Positions 1 to 9,006 of a stretch of DNA of 56,349 nt are shown piece after piece. Made by a program: the position numbers and the translations under genes. Location: NCBI GenBank assembly GCA_039208735.1, contig JBCCQY010000050.1, positions 1 to 56,349 on the forward strand. The letters are read 5' to 3'. The notes below the pieces were generated by a model. That model was not told the DNA's origin and did not search any database. It saw only the letters and a list, made by a program, of their open reading frames with translations. Within the stretch, counting starts at the first letter, position 1; the number at the start of each line of letters is the position of its first letter. This DNA comes from Myxococcota bacterium. GTDB lineage: Bacteria > Myxococcota_A > UBA796 > GCA-2862545.

Positions 1-1
1 T

Positions 2-733
2 CCGCGGCCGGCGTTGTCGAACGTGTTTGAACCGCTGGCCACGTTCGTCGCCATGGCCTTCGCGGTGGTGGTCGACAAGCTCATCGTGCCTCTCGATGTG
101 GTCGTCGTGACGCTGGCCGCCGTCATCGTCCTGCTGCCCGGCCTGTCACTCACCACCAGCATCGTGGAACTCGCCACCCGGAACCTCGTGTCGGGAACCG
201 CCCGCCTCGCCGGTGCCATGGTCGTGTTCGTAGGCATGGCGGTCGGCGCGGCGCTGGGCTCGACGGTGGGCGACGCGCTGCCCACGTTGGGGACCCCTGT
301 GGCCATGCCCATCCCCGAAGTGGCTCGCTGGGCGATCCTTCCGTTGGTCGGCGTGATGTTGGGGGTTCTGTTGCGGGCTCGGCTACGGGACATGGGATGG
401 TGCGCCATTGCCCCGGGATTGGCCATGGCCTTCGGCGGGCTTGGCAACCTCGTCCTCGGTGAGGTGCTCGGCGCCGGCCTCGCAGGGTTCGGGCTTGCGG
501 TGTTCAGCAACGCGGTGTCCCGCGTTCGTCATCGGCCAGCCTCGACGGTTCTCGTTCCGGGCATCCTGCTGTTGGTGCCCGGGTCGGCCGGCCTTCGAGC
601 AATTCTGGCGCTGGTCGATCACGACGTGGTGCGTGGTGTCGATGGGCTCTTTGCGGCGGTCCTGATCGCAACAAGCCTGTCTTCAGGGGTCCTCCTCGCC
701 AATGTGGCCCTGCGTCCGCGACGCACGCTCTGA
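2..733 (+). CDS. Threonine/serine exporter family (ThrE-like) membrane protein, 5'-truncated by the window edge
   Basis: Multi-TM protein with 'LLPGLSLTTSIVELATRNLVSGTARL' and 'VPGILLLVPGSAG' motifs typical of the ThrE family; frame is open to the window start. Confidence 0.75.
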   Translation, partial: PRPALSNVFEPLATFVAMAFAVVVDKLIVPLDVVVVTLAAVIVLLPGLSLTTSIVELATRNLVSGTARLAGAMVVFVGMAVGAALGSTVGDALPTLGTPVAMPIPEVARWAILPLVGVMLGVLLRARLRDMGWCAIAPGLAMAFGGLGNLVLGEVLGAGLAGFGLAVFSNAVSRVRHRPASTVLVPGILLLVPGSAGLRAILALVDHDVVRGVDGLFAAVLIATSLSSGVLLANVALRPRRTL

Positions 734-776
734 ATCGCGAGTTTGGCGGGAGGCGGGCGTCGGTTACCGACGAGGC

Positions 777-2384
777 ATGAACCGCGTTCCTCTTGTGGCC
801 ACCGTGGTCGGGCTCCTGGCCCTCCTCATTGCACTCGTCGTCGGCCTTGCCGGGTCTTCCTCGGCGGATCGCCCCCCCAATGTCCTTGTGATCCTCTGGG
901 ACACCGTGCGTGCCGATCGGCTGTCGTTGTACGGCTACGAGCGGTCCACGACCCCACGCATGGCCGCGTGGGCGGAGGCCCACGGCGTGGTATTCGACCA
1001 GGCCGTTTCCCCCGCCATGTGGACGGTTCCGTCTCACGCCAGCCTGTTTACGGGCCTGCCTCCGTCGACCCATGGTGCGGGCTTCGACCACCGATGGCTC
1101 GATGATGAACGCATCACGCTGGCCGAGCACTTTGCCGATCACGGCTACGACACCTTTGCGTTTTCCGCCAATCCAAACCTCCACCCCAGTCGGGTCAACC
1201 TGCTCCAAGGGTTCCAGACCATCGAGACCTCGTGGGGGAGGCGGTGGCGGAAACGGGTAGTTCAGCACACCCGCGACAAGATGATCCCGCGCGACCGGTC
1301 GACGGAGGTGAGTCCGCGTCGACGCGGCGCAAAGAAGCACCCCGGCTACTACAACGCGGGTCCCGTGGCCCGAGATGCGTTGATCAGCCACCTCGTCGAG
1401 CGAGAGAACAAAGACCAGCCCTTCCTCGCCTACCTGTCGTACATGGAAGCCCACAAGCCGCGGTTGCCTCGAATGGCCAGTCGACGCGCGGTCACCGATG
1501 ACGAAACCGTGGAGCTCGGTCTCGAGACCGACATGACCTTCGATCGACAGCTCGCCTACAGCCACGGCAAGGCCCCCATGACGGCGGAGGAACTGGATGC
1601 CGTCAATCGGGTCTACGATGCGTCCCTTCGCGAACTCGATGAAGCCACGGCAGACTTATTGGAAGACCTGCAGGCTCGAGGCGTGCTCGACGACACCATC
1701 GTCGTGTTCACCGCCGACCACGGCGAGCAGCTTGGTGAACACAACCAATTTGGCCATCGACATGGGGTGTACCAGTCGCTCTTGCACGTGCCGTTGGTGA
1801 TCGCATACCCGAAGACCCTCACTCCGCGGCGGGTGAGGCATCCCGTCAGCAACCTCGCCGTCTTCGACACCCTGCTCGAACTGACCGGCCTGCCTAAACC
1901 CTCGTCTGGCTATCTGCCGGGAAACCTGCTTAGCGCCGCCTCCGCCGCCGCTCCGGTCTTCGCCGAGACCATCAGCATCGACCGGTTGGGCTTTCGAAGA
2001 ATCAAGCGTCGGTTTCCTGATCTCGAACCCTCGGATTGGTCCACGATGTTCCGCACCGTGGTTGAAGGGTCGACCAAGCTCATCCAACACCTCGACTTCG
2101 AGACCCACGAGGTGATGGGCCACGAGCTGTATGACTTGGAAGCCGACCCACACGAAACCACGGATCTGGCCGAACAACGGCCCGACGATGTGAAACGACT
2201 CGCCCAGGTCGTCACGGCGTGGCACGGGGCGCTCGAACCGTGGACGCCCCCCGAAGATGACGGCACAGCCGAGGCCGAGGTCGAAGTCGAGCCCCTATCG
2301 AAAGCGGAGTGCGAGCAGCTCGAGCTTCTGGGCTACGTCGACGAAGGCTGCGCGGCGCGATCAGAAGGTCAGGCGGCCCCCTAA
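777..2384 (+). CDS. Sulfatase-like hydrolase (alkaline phosphatase superfamily), N-terminal anchor/signal
   Basis: PNVLVILWDTVRAD, WTVPSHASLFTG, TADHGEQLGEH, HVPL and ELYDLEADPHE motifs; ATG at 777 precedes a hydrophobic leader. Confidence 0.85.
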   Translation: MNRVPLVATVVGLLALLIALVVGLAGSSSADRPPNVLVILWDTVRADRLSLYGYERSTTPRMAAWAEAHGVVFDQAVSPAMWTVPSHASLFTGLPPSTHGAGFDHRWLDDERITLAEHFADHGYDTFAFSANPNLHPSRVNLLQGFQTIETSWGRRWRKRVVQHTRDKMIPRDRSTEVSPRRRGAKKHPGYYNAGPVARDALISHLVERENKDQPFLAYLSYMEAHKPRLPRMASRRAVTDDETVELGLETDMTFDRQLAYSHGKAPMTAEELDAVNRVYDASLRELDEATADLLEDLQARGVLDDTIVVFTADHGEQLGEHNQFGHRHGVYQSLLHVPLVIAYPKTLTPRRVRHPVSNLAVFDTLLELTGLPKPSSGYLPGNLLSAASAAAPVFAETISIDRLGFRRIKRRFPDLEPSDWSTMFRTVVEGSTKLIQHLDFETHEVMGHELYDLEADPHETTDLAEQRPDDVKRLAQVVTAWHGALEPWTPPEDDGTAEAEVEVEPLSKAECEQLELLGYVDEGCAARSEGQAAP

Positions 2385-3167
2385 GCCAAGCGCCCACTGG
2401 CTGTCACCCGACCGCGGATTGATCCGCACGCTCTCACCGAAGATCTGGACCGTGTTGTTGAGCTTGTAGCCAAGGATGAACTCACGCTCGGTCAGGAACT
2501 GCTGCAAGGGCTCGACCCGCACGCCGATGCCGCCGAGCCATCGGTACGAGGTGAAGAATCGACGGCCCTCGAACCCGAGTCGCACTTCGGTGCCCAGGAT
2601 CGGTGAGTGGTAAATGGCAGGGCGCGTCTCGTAGACGAGCCATTCGCCAGCACTGCCCATGAACAGACCAAGCTGGACGTCAAACGGACTTGCGCCCATC
2701 AGGTCGATCCCGGCCCCCAAGCGACCCGACCAGAGGATCGCATCGTTGCCGGGCAAGTAGCGAAGCTCGGCTCCGAGGTACGCGTCCTTCTTGCCGTAGC
2801 GACGAAGCTGCAACTGATGGGCTGGGCCATCGCCCAGAAACTGAAGGGCGTACTGAGCGACGAGTTCGGCCCTCTGCTCCGAGTCCTTTCTCACATCGCG
2901 GTCCGTGACCACGACGACGTCCTCTTCTTCTTCCTCATCGGTCGTGGGGACGTCATCGACGTCGGGACGGGGTACCGGAGCCAGAATCACGAGAGGGGGA
3001 TCCTCCGTGTCTTCCAAGGCCTCCGCCTTCTCACTCTCGATGGCTCCAGGGCTCTTTGTAGGCTCCAAAATGACGAGCGGTGGCGCCTCGCGATCGGCGC
3101 AGTTTTCGTCGCCGTCGGGGCACTCCGCACCATACGCGGTCGACAAGATCAGGGATGAGATGAACAT
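2361..3167 (-). CDS. Hypothetical exported protein, probable outer-membrane beta-barrel with an acidic N-terminal linker
   Basis: ATG at 3167 with GGAGG RBS; signal-like MFISSLILSTAYG; alternating amphipathic strands ending in ...LGLGGRLTF (terminal Phe). Confidence 0.6.
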   Translation of the reverse strand: MFISSLILSTAYGAECPDGDENCADREAPPLVILEPTKSPGAIESEKAEALEDTEDPPLVILAPVPRPDVDDVPTTDEEEEEDVVVVTDRDVRKDSEQRAELVAQYALQFLGDGPAHQLQLRRYGKKDAYLGAELRYLPGNDAILWSGRLGAGIDLMGASPFDVQLGLFMGSAGEWLVYETRPAIYHSPILGTEVRLGFEGRRFFTSYRWLGGIGVRVEPLQQFLTEREFILGYKLNNTVQIFGESVRINPRSGDSQWALGLGGRLTF

Positions 3168-3226
3168 TCGGCCTCCGCTGGTCCGATGATCTGGACACCG
3201 GCGGCCGCCCTGAACGACACCGCCGG

Positions 3227-3691
3227 GTGGAGTCCGATCTGTCCTCCCCCGCCACCCCGACTGCACCCGTCGACGTGCTCCTGACCTGGCACGAAAGCAC
3301 TGGCTTTCCCGTCGACTGGCCCGAGACCGTCGAGCGGTGGCCCGAGCCGGTGCCCGATCCGTCGGTGCTCGCAACGGTGCACCACGCACGCGCGGAGTAC
3401 GAGGGCGTGACGATCGGGGTCCACCTTGCCACGCCGCGCCGCGACGGCCAGCTGCAGACCGTGTGGTGCGGAGTGGCTCCCGAATGGCGAGGCCGCGGGG
3501 TCGCACAGCGCCTCATCGCGCGTCATTTGCGCTGGGCCGCTGAACAGGGCCGCTACGACGTACGCGCCCATACCCCAGCGGGCTGCCCGGCCATGGTCGT
3601 CGCAAACCTCAAAGTCGGATTCGAGATTGTGGGGAGCTTTAGCGATCCGGCGGGCGCGGTGGTGGTGATCTTACAGGCGCGGCGTGGCTGA
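3227..3691 (+). CDS. GNAT family N-acetyltransferase
   Basis: Acetyl-CoA motif VAPEWRGRGVA and C-terminal NLKVGF. Confidence 0.75.
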   Translation: MESDLSSPATPTAPVDVLLTWHESTGFPVDWPETVERWPEPVPDPSVLATVHHARAEYEGVTIGVHLATPRRDGQLQTVWCGVAPEWRGRGVAQRLIARHLRWAAEQGRYDVRAHTPAGCPAMVVANLKVGFEIVGSFSDPAGAVVVILQARRG

Positions 3692-3693
3692 CC

Positions 3694-5424
3694 TCACCGC
3701 CCGAGGTGGATGCCCATGCCCAATCCGCCAACCCAGCCACTCGTGTCCCCAGCGATTTCGTAGCGCGCATCGAGTTCGATAAAGTAGCGGGGCACCGTGT
3801 AGTACCGGCCGCCAAACCCGGCTGAGGCGAAGGTTCGGGTCACCCGCTTCGTCGACGGCCCCGGAAGCTGGCCGTGACGAACGCCGATCCCAATGAGCAG
3901 ATGGGGCCGTAGTCGCTTGCCTTCCTTGGCCACCATCAAGCGGGACGCGAACTGACCATCCCAGCCCTGGTCGCTCGGGGTCACACCGACCCGATCGAGC
4001 CCGATCGAAAGCCCCGGTCGCAGCACGACGTCGGCCGACAACCCAAAGTGAACAGGCCATTGACCGCTGCCGTAGCCGGTCGACGCCGTCAAGGTGACCC
4101 CTTGCGTCGGTCGGTGGGCTTCGCGACGGTGCACCTGGTAGATGGCATCCGCGATCGAAGCTCCCCACAAGGTGGCCCCGATCATGGGGAAGATCCCCCG
4201 CTGAAAGATGCGGCCGCGGCCGTCGGGCACGATCGTTTCCACGAAGATGAGGCTGGTGCCTCCAAAGTAGGCGAGGCCCTTTCCGATCTGGTTGTTGTAG
4301 AGCTGTCCGGCTCCGGGCACGACCAGAGAGGCGATGCCCGCCATCGCTGGCGAATCGCCGAGGTGGTTGCGTCGTTCGAAGTCCTGGCTCTCGCGTACGA
4401 ACGCCTCGACGGTGGCCCCCTTGGCCACGCCTTTGGCCATGACCGGACGGCCCCAATCCCGAGGCAATGAGACCTGGCTGTCCTCGTGGACCCACAGTCC
4501 GAATTCATAGGTCGCGTCTTCGTGGCGACGACGAACGAGGTAGCGTCCGGGCGGCACCGCGATGGCCATCGGCTTGTTGGGCGGCTTGTAGAACTCCGCC
4601 ATCTGGTGCTTCTCGGGAAGCCGAAACACCGCGATCTGACCGACTTCTTCGGCCCGAAGCAACAACGTCGCATCGGCGTTGTCGAGGTTGGTGAGCCCCA
4701 GGCTGCCGGTGCCGTCAATGTCCCAGTTGCGGTAGGGATGCTGCGTGCCCGCCCCGGTGCGACCGGTGACGTCGACCACCCGCTGGTACGTGTAGGTGTA
4801 CAGCTCGTCGAGAGCTACGATGCCGTCATCTCCGACATCCGCTGCACCTCGCATTCCCGAAAGCAGGTAGTGGGTGAAAAAGCCACCGCGAAGCTGGTCG
4901 GATTCTTGAGCGAGTTCATCGGGCGCCGAGGCAGTGAGCCACGCCTCACCTGAGAGTTTGCCATCGGCCTTGCCAAAGAGCGACTCGGTGACTTGAGCGC
5001 CCTTGAAGCGAGTGACCGTACCTGAACGACAGGCATCGAGTACCCCAATGCGAAGCTTCGCATCGACGGCGCGAATGTCGTGGCGCAAGGTCTCAAAGTA
5101 AAACCGGTCGTCGCCGAGGCGGATCCCCGCCCCATCGGCATGCCCCGAGTAGTAGAAGACGAACAGGTCGTCCTCGAAGCCTTGCGCAACGTCGGCATGG
5201 TAGGCAAGCGCGCGACGCAGCTCCTCTTGAGTCGGCCGGTAGAGCACGGTCACCAGATGCTCGTCGAAATCGCCAAGGTCGACCAACACTCGTGCGAACC
5301 GCTCGGCGTCACTCTCGGCGAAGCGCAAGGGTTCGAGCACACCCCCGCCATCGTTCGCACCTACAACCAGTGCGTGTCGAACCACTCCGGCTTGCGCCAG
5401 TCCCGCCGCGAGCAGCCACCACAT
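3694..5424 (-). CDS. Caspase-family (peptidase C14) protease with signal peptide and C-terminal membrane/beta-barrel region
   Basis: RHALVVGAN, LRFAESDA, catalytic His in FYYSGHA, catalytic Cys in LDACRSG, GGFFTHYLLSG and TQHP; ATG overlaps the upstream stop (TGATG). Confidence 0.85.
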   Translation of the reverse strand: MWWLLAAGLAQAGVVRHALVVGANDGGGVLEPLRFAESDAERFARVLVDLGDFDEHLVTVLYRPTQEELRRALAYHADVAQGFEDDLFVFYYSGHADGAGIRLGDDRFYFETLRHDIRAVDAKLRIGVLDACRSGTVTRFKGAQVTESLFGKADGKLSGEAWLTASAPDELAQESDQLRGGFFTHYLLSGMRGAADVGDDGIVALDELYTYTYQRVVDVTGRTGAGTQHPYRNWDIDGTGSLGLTNLDNADATLLLRAEEVGQIAVFRLPEKHQMAEFYKPPNKPMAIAVPPGRYLVRRRHEDATYEFGLWVHEDSQVSLPRDWGRPVMAKGVAKGATVEAFVRESQDFERRNHLGDSPAMAGIASLVVPGAGQLYNNQIGKGLAYFGGTSLIFVETIVPDGRGRIFQRGIFPMIGATLWGASIADAIYQVHRREAHRPTQGVTLTASTGYGSGQWPVHFGLSADVVLRPGLSIGLDRVGVTPSDQGWDGQFASRLMVAKEGKRLRPHLLIGIGVRHGQLPGPSTKRVTRTFASAGFGGRYYTVPRYFIELDARYEIAGDTSGWVGGLGMGIHLGR

Positions 5425-6134
5425 CACCGATCCGCAGCCTCCTGCTTGGAGATGACGGCGCGACGCACCTGCACGCCATCGACGTGGACAGAGACGTCCG
5501 ACACCACCGCTTCCTTCACTCGGTCGGCATCGAGTTGCCCGTCACCGGTCACCACGAACAGTTCCTGGGCGCCTGGTGCGCTATCGAGTTCGAGACCAAA
5601 CGGCGCATTGACGAGGCCCTCCGCCGGCACCTCATAGACCCCATACACTTCGACAAGGCCATTCCCGTCGCGGCCTGCGAACCCCACGTGCGAGGCCCCT
5701 AGCGCGTCGTACTTGATGGCCACCCGGTCCCCCGCCCCGAGGCGGTCGTCCTCACGAAGCTGTCGCGGCCCCGCCTCGGTCGCCACCCAGACTTCCATCG
5801 AGGGAGCTGTACCGCGCATCCGGATGCCATCGTCGGCCGGAGGACGAAGGGCCAAAAGCCCCAACGCGGCCACGGCGACACCCAGCGGTACAAGCCATCG
5901 CCACCACGGAGCCACCGGGCGGGGCGGGCGCTGCAAGACCTCGGGCATGGGCTTGAGCACAAACGATGCACGGATGTGGTGCTGACGGCGAAGCCGATCT
6001 GCACACAGGGGGCAGGCATCGACGTGGGCCTGGGCAGCAGCGGCTGCGGCGGAGTCGAGCTCCCCTAGCCGGAGCTGATGCAGCACCAATGTGGAGAGAT
6101 GCCGACCTGTCGCCGGCGTGGGGGTCTCGGTCAT
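5424..6134 (-). CDS. Transmembrane anti-sigma factor: N-terminal zinc finger (zf-HC2/ZAS) plus extracytoplasmic DUF4384-like domain
   Basis: HVDACPLC (Hx3Cx2C), a single TM (WWRWLVPLGVAVAALGLLAL), then 'LGAGDRVAIKY...DGNGLVEVY...LELDSAPGAQELFVV'; coupled to the sigma gene. Confidence 0.75.
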   Translation of the reverse strand: MTETPTPATGRHLSTLVLHQLRLGELDSAAAAAAQAHVDACPLCADRLRRQHHIRASFVLKPMPEVLQRPPRPVAPWWRWLVPLGVAVAALGLLALRPPADDGIRMRGTAPSMEVWVATEAGPRQLREDDRLGAGDRVAIKYDALGASHVGFAGRDGNGLVEVYGVYEVPAEGLVNAPFGLELDSAPGAQELFVVTGDGQLDADRVKEAVVSDVSVHVDGVQVRRAVISKQEAADR

Positions 6135-6730
6135 TGACCTTCCTCCCAACCATGGGGAAGCTTGGCCTTGGCGGCCTTTCGAAACTTGGCAATCCGCTTG
6201 CGCACCGCCGCGGCAGAGATGCCGATCAACTCACCCGCCTCCGCATGCGTCATGCCATCGACAAAGCAATAGATGACGGCGGACGTGGTGCGTTCATCCG
6301 CATCGCGCAGCAGCACATCGAGCAGATTGCGCAACGCGGCATCCTCGAGAAGCGTGTCCGTCGAAGCGGTCGGCGGCAATTCCTCGACCGGATCTTCGCG
6401 CCGCCGACGCTTCGTTCGCAGCCGGTTGAGGCACGTCGTCGTCGTGATCTTGAAGAGGTAGGTCGACGGCTTGGCGTCTCCGCGAAACCCTGGCGCGTAC
6501 CGCATGAGCCGGATGAAGATTTCCTGCATGGTCTCTTGGGCGTCGGCCTCGTTGCCCAGAAGGCTTCGGCAACGTCCAAAGACCAGGTCTCCGTAGTCTC
6601 GATAGAGCTTTTCGATGTCGACGTCAGCGGCCATCGTGTTCCGGATCTCGCGCTTCCGTGGGGCAGGCGCTGGGCCGACTTCGTAATGCGCGTCCGCAGT
6701 GGCGGCCTCGACAGGCGGCGGCGGACTCAT
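6131..6730 (-). CDS. ECF (sigma-70 group 4) RNA polymerase sigma factor
   Basis: Region 2 'DAQETMQEIFIRL...FRGDAKPSTYLFKITTTTCLN' and region 4 'DGMTHAEAGELIGISAAAVRKR'; alternative start 6634. Confidence 0.9.
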   Translation of the reverse strand: MSPPPPVEAATADAHYEVGPAPAPRKREIRNTMAADVDIEKLYRDYGDLVFGRCRSLLGNEADAQETMQEIFIRLMRYAPGFRGDAKPSTYLFKITTTTCLNRLRTKRRRREDPVEELPPTASTDTLLEDAALRNLLDVLLRDADERTTSAVIYCFVDGMTHAEAGELIGISAAAVRKRIAKFRKAAKAKLPHGWEEGQ

Positions 6731-7224
6731 GACGGTCCAGGGGTCGAATCCGTGGTGCCCGTGTCGCCGGTACTCATTGCTCCAGTGTCGCGAGTTGTCC
6801 CGGTATCCAAGGATGAATCCTTCTCGTTTTGAGCAGGCAAGATGGCGAATGGACGGTCGAGGGTGACGGACTGTCCCTGCTCAAATTGCACCACCACGGC
6901 GATAGCGCCTGGTGTGGCGTCCTTCGCGACTTCGATGGCGAGGTCCGCTCGATTCGGTTCATAGAGCGCGCCGATCACCGACACGTCGCGTTCGAATCGC
7001 ACTTCTTGCAGCCCGCCGAGCCCTACCGGGTCGTCGGTGATAAGGACCGTCCGAAGTGCATCCCCAGCCGCGGCTTCGTTGACGACGAGCTCAAGCCCCG
7101 TCGGAAGTGGCGGCAGCTCGGGCTGCGGCGCTTCGATGGGTTCTCGTGGTCCAGATTCGACCTGGTAGATGATGCAGGACGACAGTGCGACCAGCAGCGA
7201 AAACCGCAAATCGAAGCGTGGCAT
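6727..7224 (-). CDS. Hypothetical lipoprotein
   Basis: Lipobox LVALSSC; DTG-rich C-terminal tail; stop overlaps the sigma ATG (ATGA). Confidence 0.6.
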   Translation of the reverse strand: MPRFDLRFSLLVALSSCIIYQVESGPREPIEAPQPELPPLPTGLELVVNEAAAGDALRTVLITDDPVGLGGLQEVRFERDVSVIGALYEPNRADLAIEVAKDATPGAIAVVVQFEQGQSVTLDRPFAILPAQNEKDSSLDTGTTRDTGAMSTGDTGTTDSTPGPS

Positions 7225-7298
7225 CTGGACCCCCAATCCTCACGGCGCACGAACCGCACCGCTGTCATGGGTGAAGACACCGCAAGTCTGCGGAAGCG

Positions 7299-7766
7299 CT
7301 ACGGATTCGGATTGTTGAGGTCTTCGGGGCCTCGTTTCAGACCTTTGCGCACTCGAACCCCCTGGATCTTCTCGGGAGGGTCGGGTTGCTCGCTCGCCGG
7401 CGCGGGTGGGGGCGCCGCGACTTCCGTCGGTGGCGACGTGCCCCCGACGAACACCCCGACGAACACCACCAGCGAAAACGCCACAAGGGCTGCACTGATC
7501 AGCCCCATGGCCAGCCCGAGCCAGCGCGGAAAGCGAAAGGAACGACCCGAGGAGCCCTTGCGAGCGGCCTGGCGACGCAGATCGGGCAGCGGGTCGTCGG
7601 GGTTGCTCTGAGCCATATTTCTCGGCCCAGCTCCAATATGAGCCGGACGCGGCTCGCTCTCAGAGCCTTGTTTGGAGTAGACGTCAGTGTCCTGGACGGG
7701 TCCAGCACCGTCGGCGACGTAGTCGCGCTCTTCCGAAACCGTCAGCTCACGGGGGGGTTTCGACAC
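7299..7766 (-). CDS. Hypothetical single-pass membrane protein
   Basis: GTG at 7766 after GAGGAG RBS; one TM (WLGLAMGLISAALVAFSLVVFVGVFV) followed by a Pro-rich tail. Confidence 0.5.
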   Translation of the reverse strand: MSKPPRELTVSEERDYVADGAGPVQDTDVYSKQGSESEPRPAHIGAGPRNMAQSNPDDPLPDLRRQAARKGSSGRSFRFPRWLGLAMGLISAALVAFSLVVFVGVFVGGTSPPTEVAAPPPAPASEQPDPPEKIQGVRVRKGLKRGPEDLNNPNP

Positions 7767-7796
7767 GGCGTCTCCTCGCGGTGAAGCTACCCGAAA

Positions 7797-7813
7797 CGCC
7801 CCTCTTGTGCCAA
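7797..7813 (-). promoter_or_regulatory. Possible sigma54 (-24/-12) promoter
   Basis: TTGGCACAAGAGGGGC: good -24 element and GG-N10-GC spacing, but a weak -12 (GGGC); lies about 30 nt above the GTG at 7766. Confidence 0.3.
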
Positions 7814-7904
7814 GCTCGCGAGCCATCGTCACAATTTCCGCCAGGCTACAAAGGGCGGCCAGCGGTCCAGGTTACGGGATGGCCGCTGGGAGAGGAGCCC
7901 CACG

Positions 7905-8999
7905 ATGAGCCAAGCCGAGCCTGCCCCCGAGGAGCCTTTGCGCGACTAAGCGACCCTGCGCAAGATCCTCCGAACGCGCACCACAGCGGTCGCGGCCTTC
8001 CAGGAAGGCTTCGGATTGGCCCGCGCTTCCGATACCATTGCGCTCGGAACGGCCCTGGCCATCGGCGTGCTGGGCGGCCTCGGTCAGTGGGCCACCGACC
8101 AGGTCGCCGCCGAGGTCAAGACCTGGAGCGTCCAAAGCCTCGACCTCTTCAGCCAGGCTGCGGCGGTCCTCACGGCCTTCTTGGTGCTCTACGCCATCGT
8201 GCAGTTCACCAAGCGAGAAACGGCCCCCGTCGAAAGCTGGGTGCCCGCGTTGTTTGCGGTGCCCTGCCTCTGCATCTTCGGTGGGTTTCTGGCCGCCTAT
8301 TACGCGGCGCAGTCCGGCACTGCGGGCATGCCCTTCACCGAAATCCTCTTCATCAATGCCTGGTTCCTCGTTTTCGGGATGCTGGCGGGAACCCCGGCCC
8401 TTCTGGTGTGGATCCGCGCCGGGCAAGCCGCGGCGCAAAACGAGCCCCACGACCTCGGCGCAACCTTGCTCGCCCTTCAAAGTCAGTTCCGCCAGATCCT
8501 GGTCGTTCGCGGAACCAAGCTCCAAGCGGTCCTCGTGGGCATGCAGGTGGTGCTGCCGGGCATCTTCTACGCACTTCAGCTCGCGTTCGCCGAGATCATC
8601 GCGGTGTTGAAGCCTGAGCAGTCGGCCCTTCGCCGTTCGGGTCAGCTTACTTGGGGCATGCGAGGCCGAATCTTCAGGCTTCTCGCACTGGCCTTTGTCG
8701 TGAGTAACGTCCTCGCCATCGCCACCCTGATCGCGGTGGGCACCGCCACCGGTGAAGGTTCGATGAGCGAGCAGTTTGGCACGCTCACCCAGGCCTGGAT
8801 GACGAACCCCGGAAGCTTGGGAATCACTCTGCTCGTCGTGCAGGAAGTGGTGGCCTCCTTCGTCTGGTGGGTCACGATCCTCGCCGTGCTTGTCCTCTAC
8901 AACGAGCGCGAACGGCAGGTCACCGCGACCCGTGAGCTGAAGCGTTTGCTCGCGCAAAAGGACGCCCCCGACGAAAACCCCTACTCCCCGCCCCAATGA
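7905..8999 (+). CDS. Multi-TM hypothetical membrane protein; the ATG at 7905 is interrupted by an in-frame TAA (7947-7949), otherwise it starts at TTG 8016
   Basis: Several hydrophobic helices, 'SALRRSGQLTWGMRGRIF' motif, GAGGAG RBS before ATG 7905 in the same frame as 8016..8999. Confidence 0.6.
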
Positions 9000-9006
9000 C
9001 GCTCCG

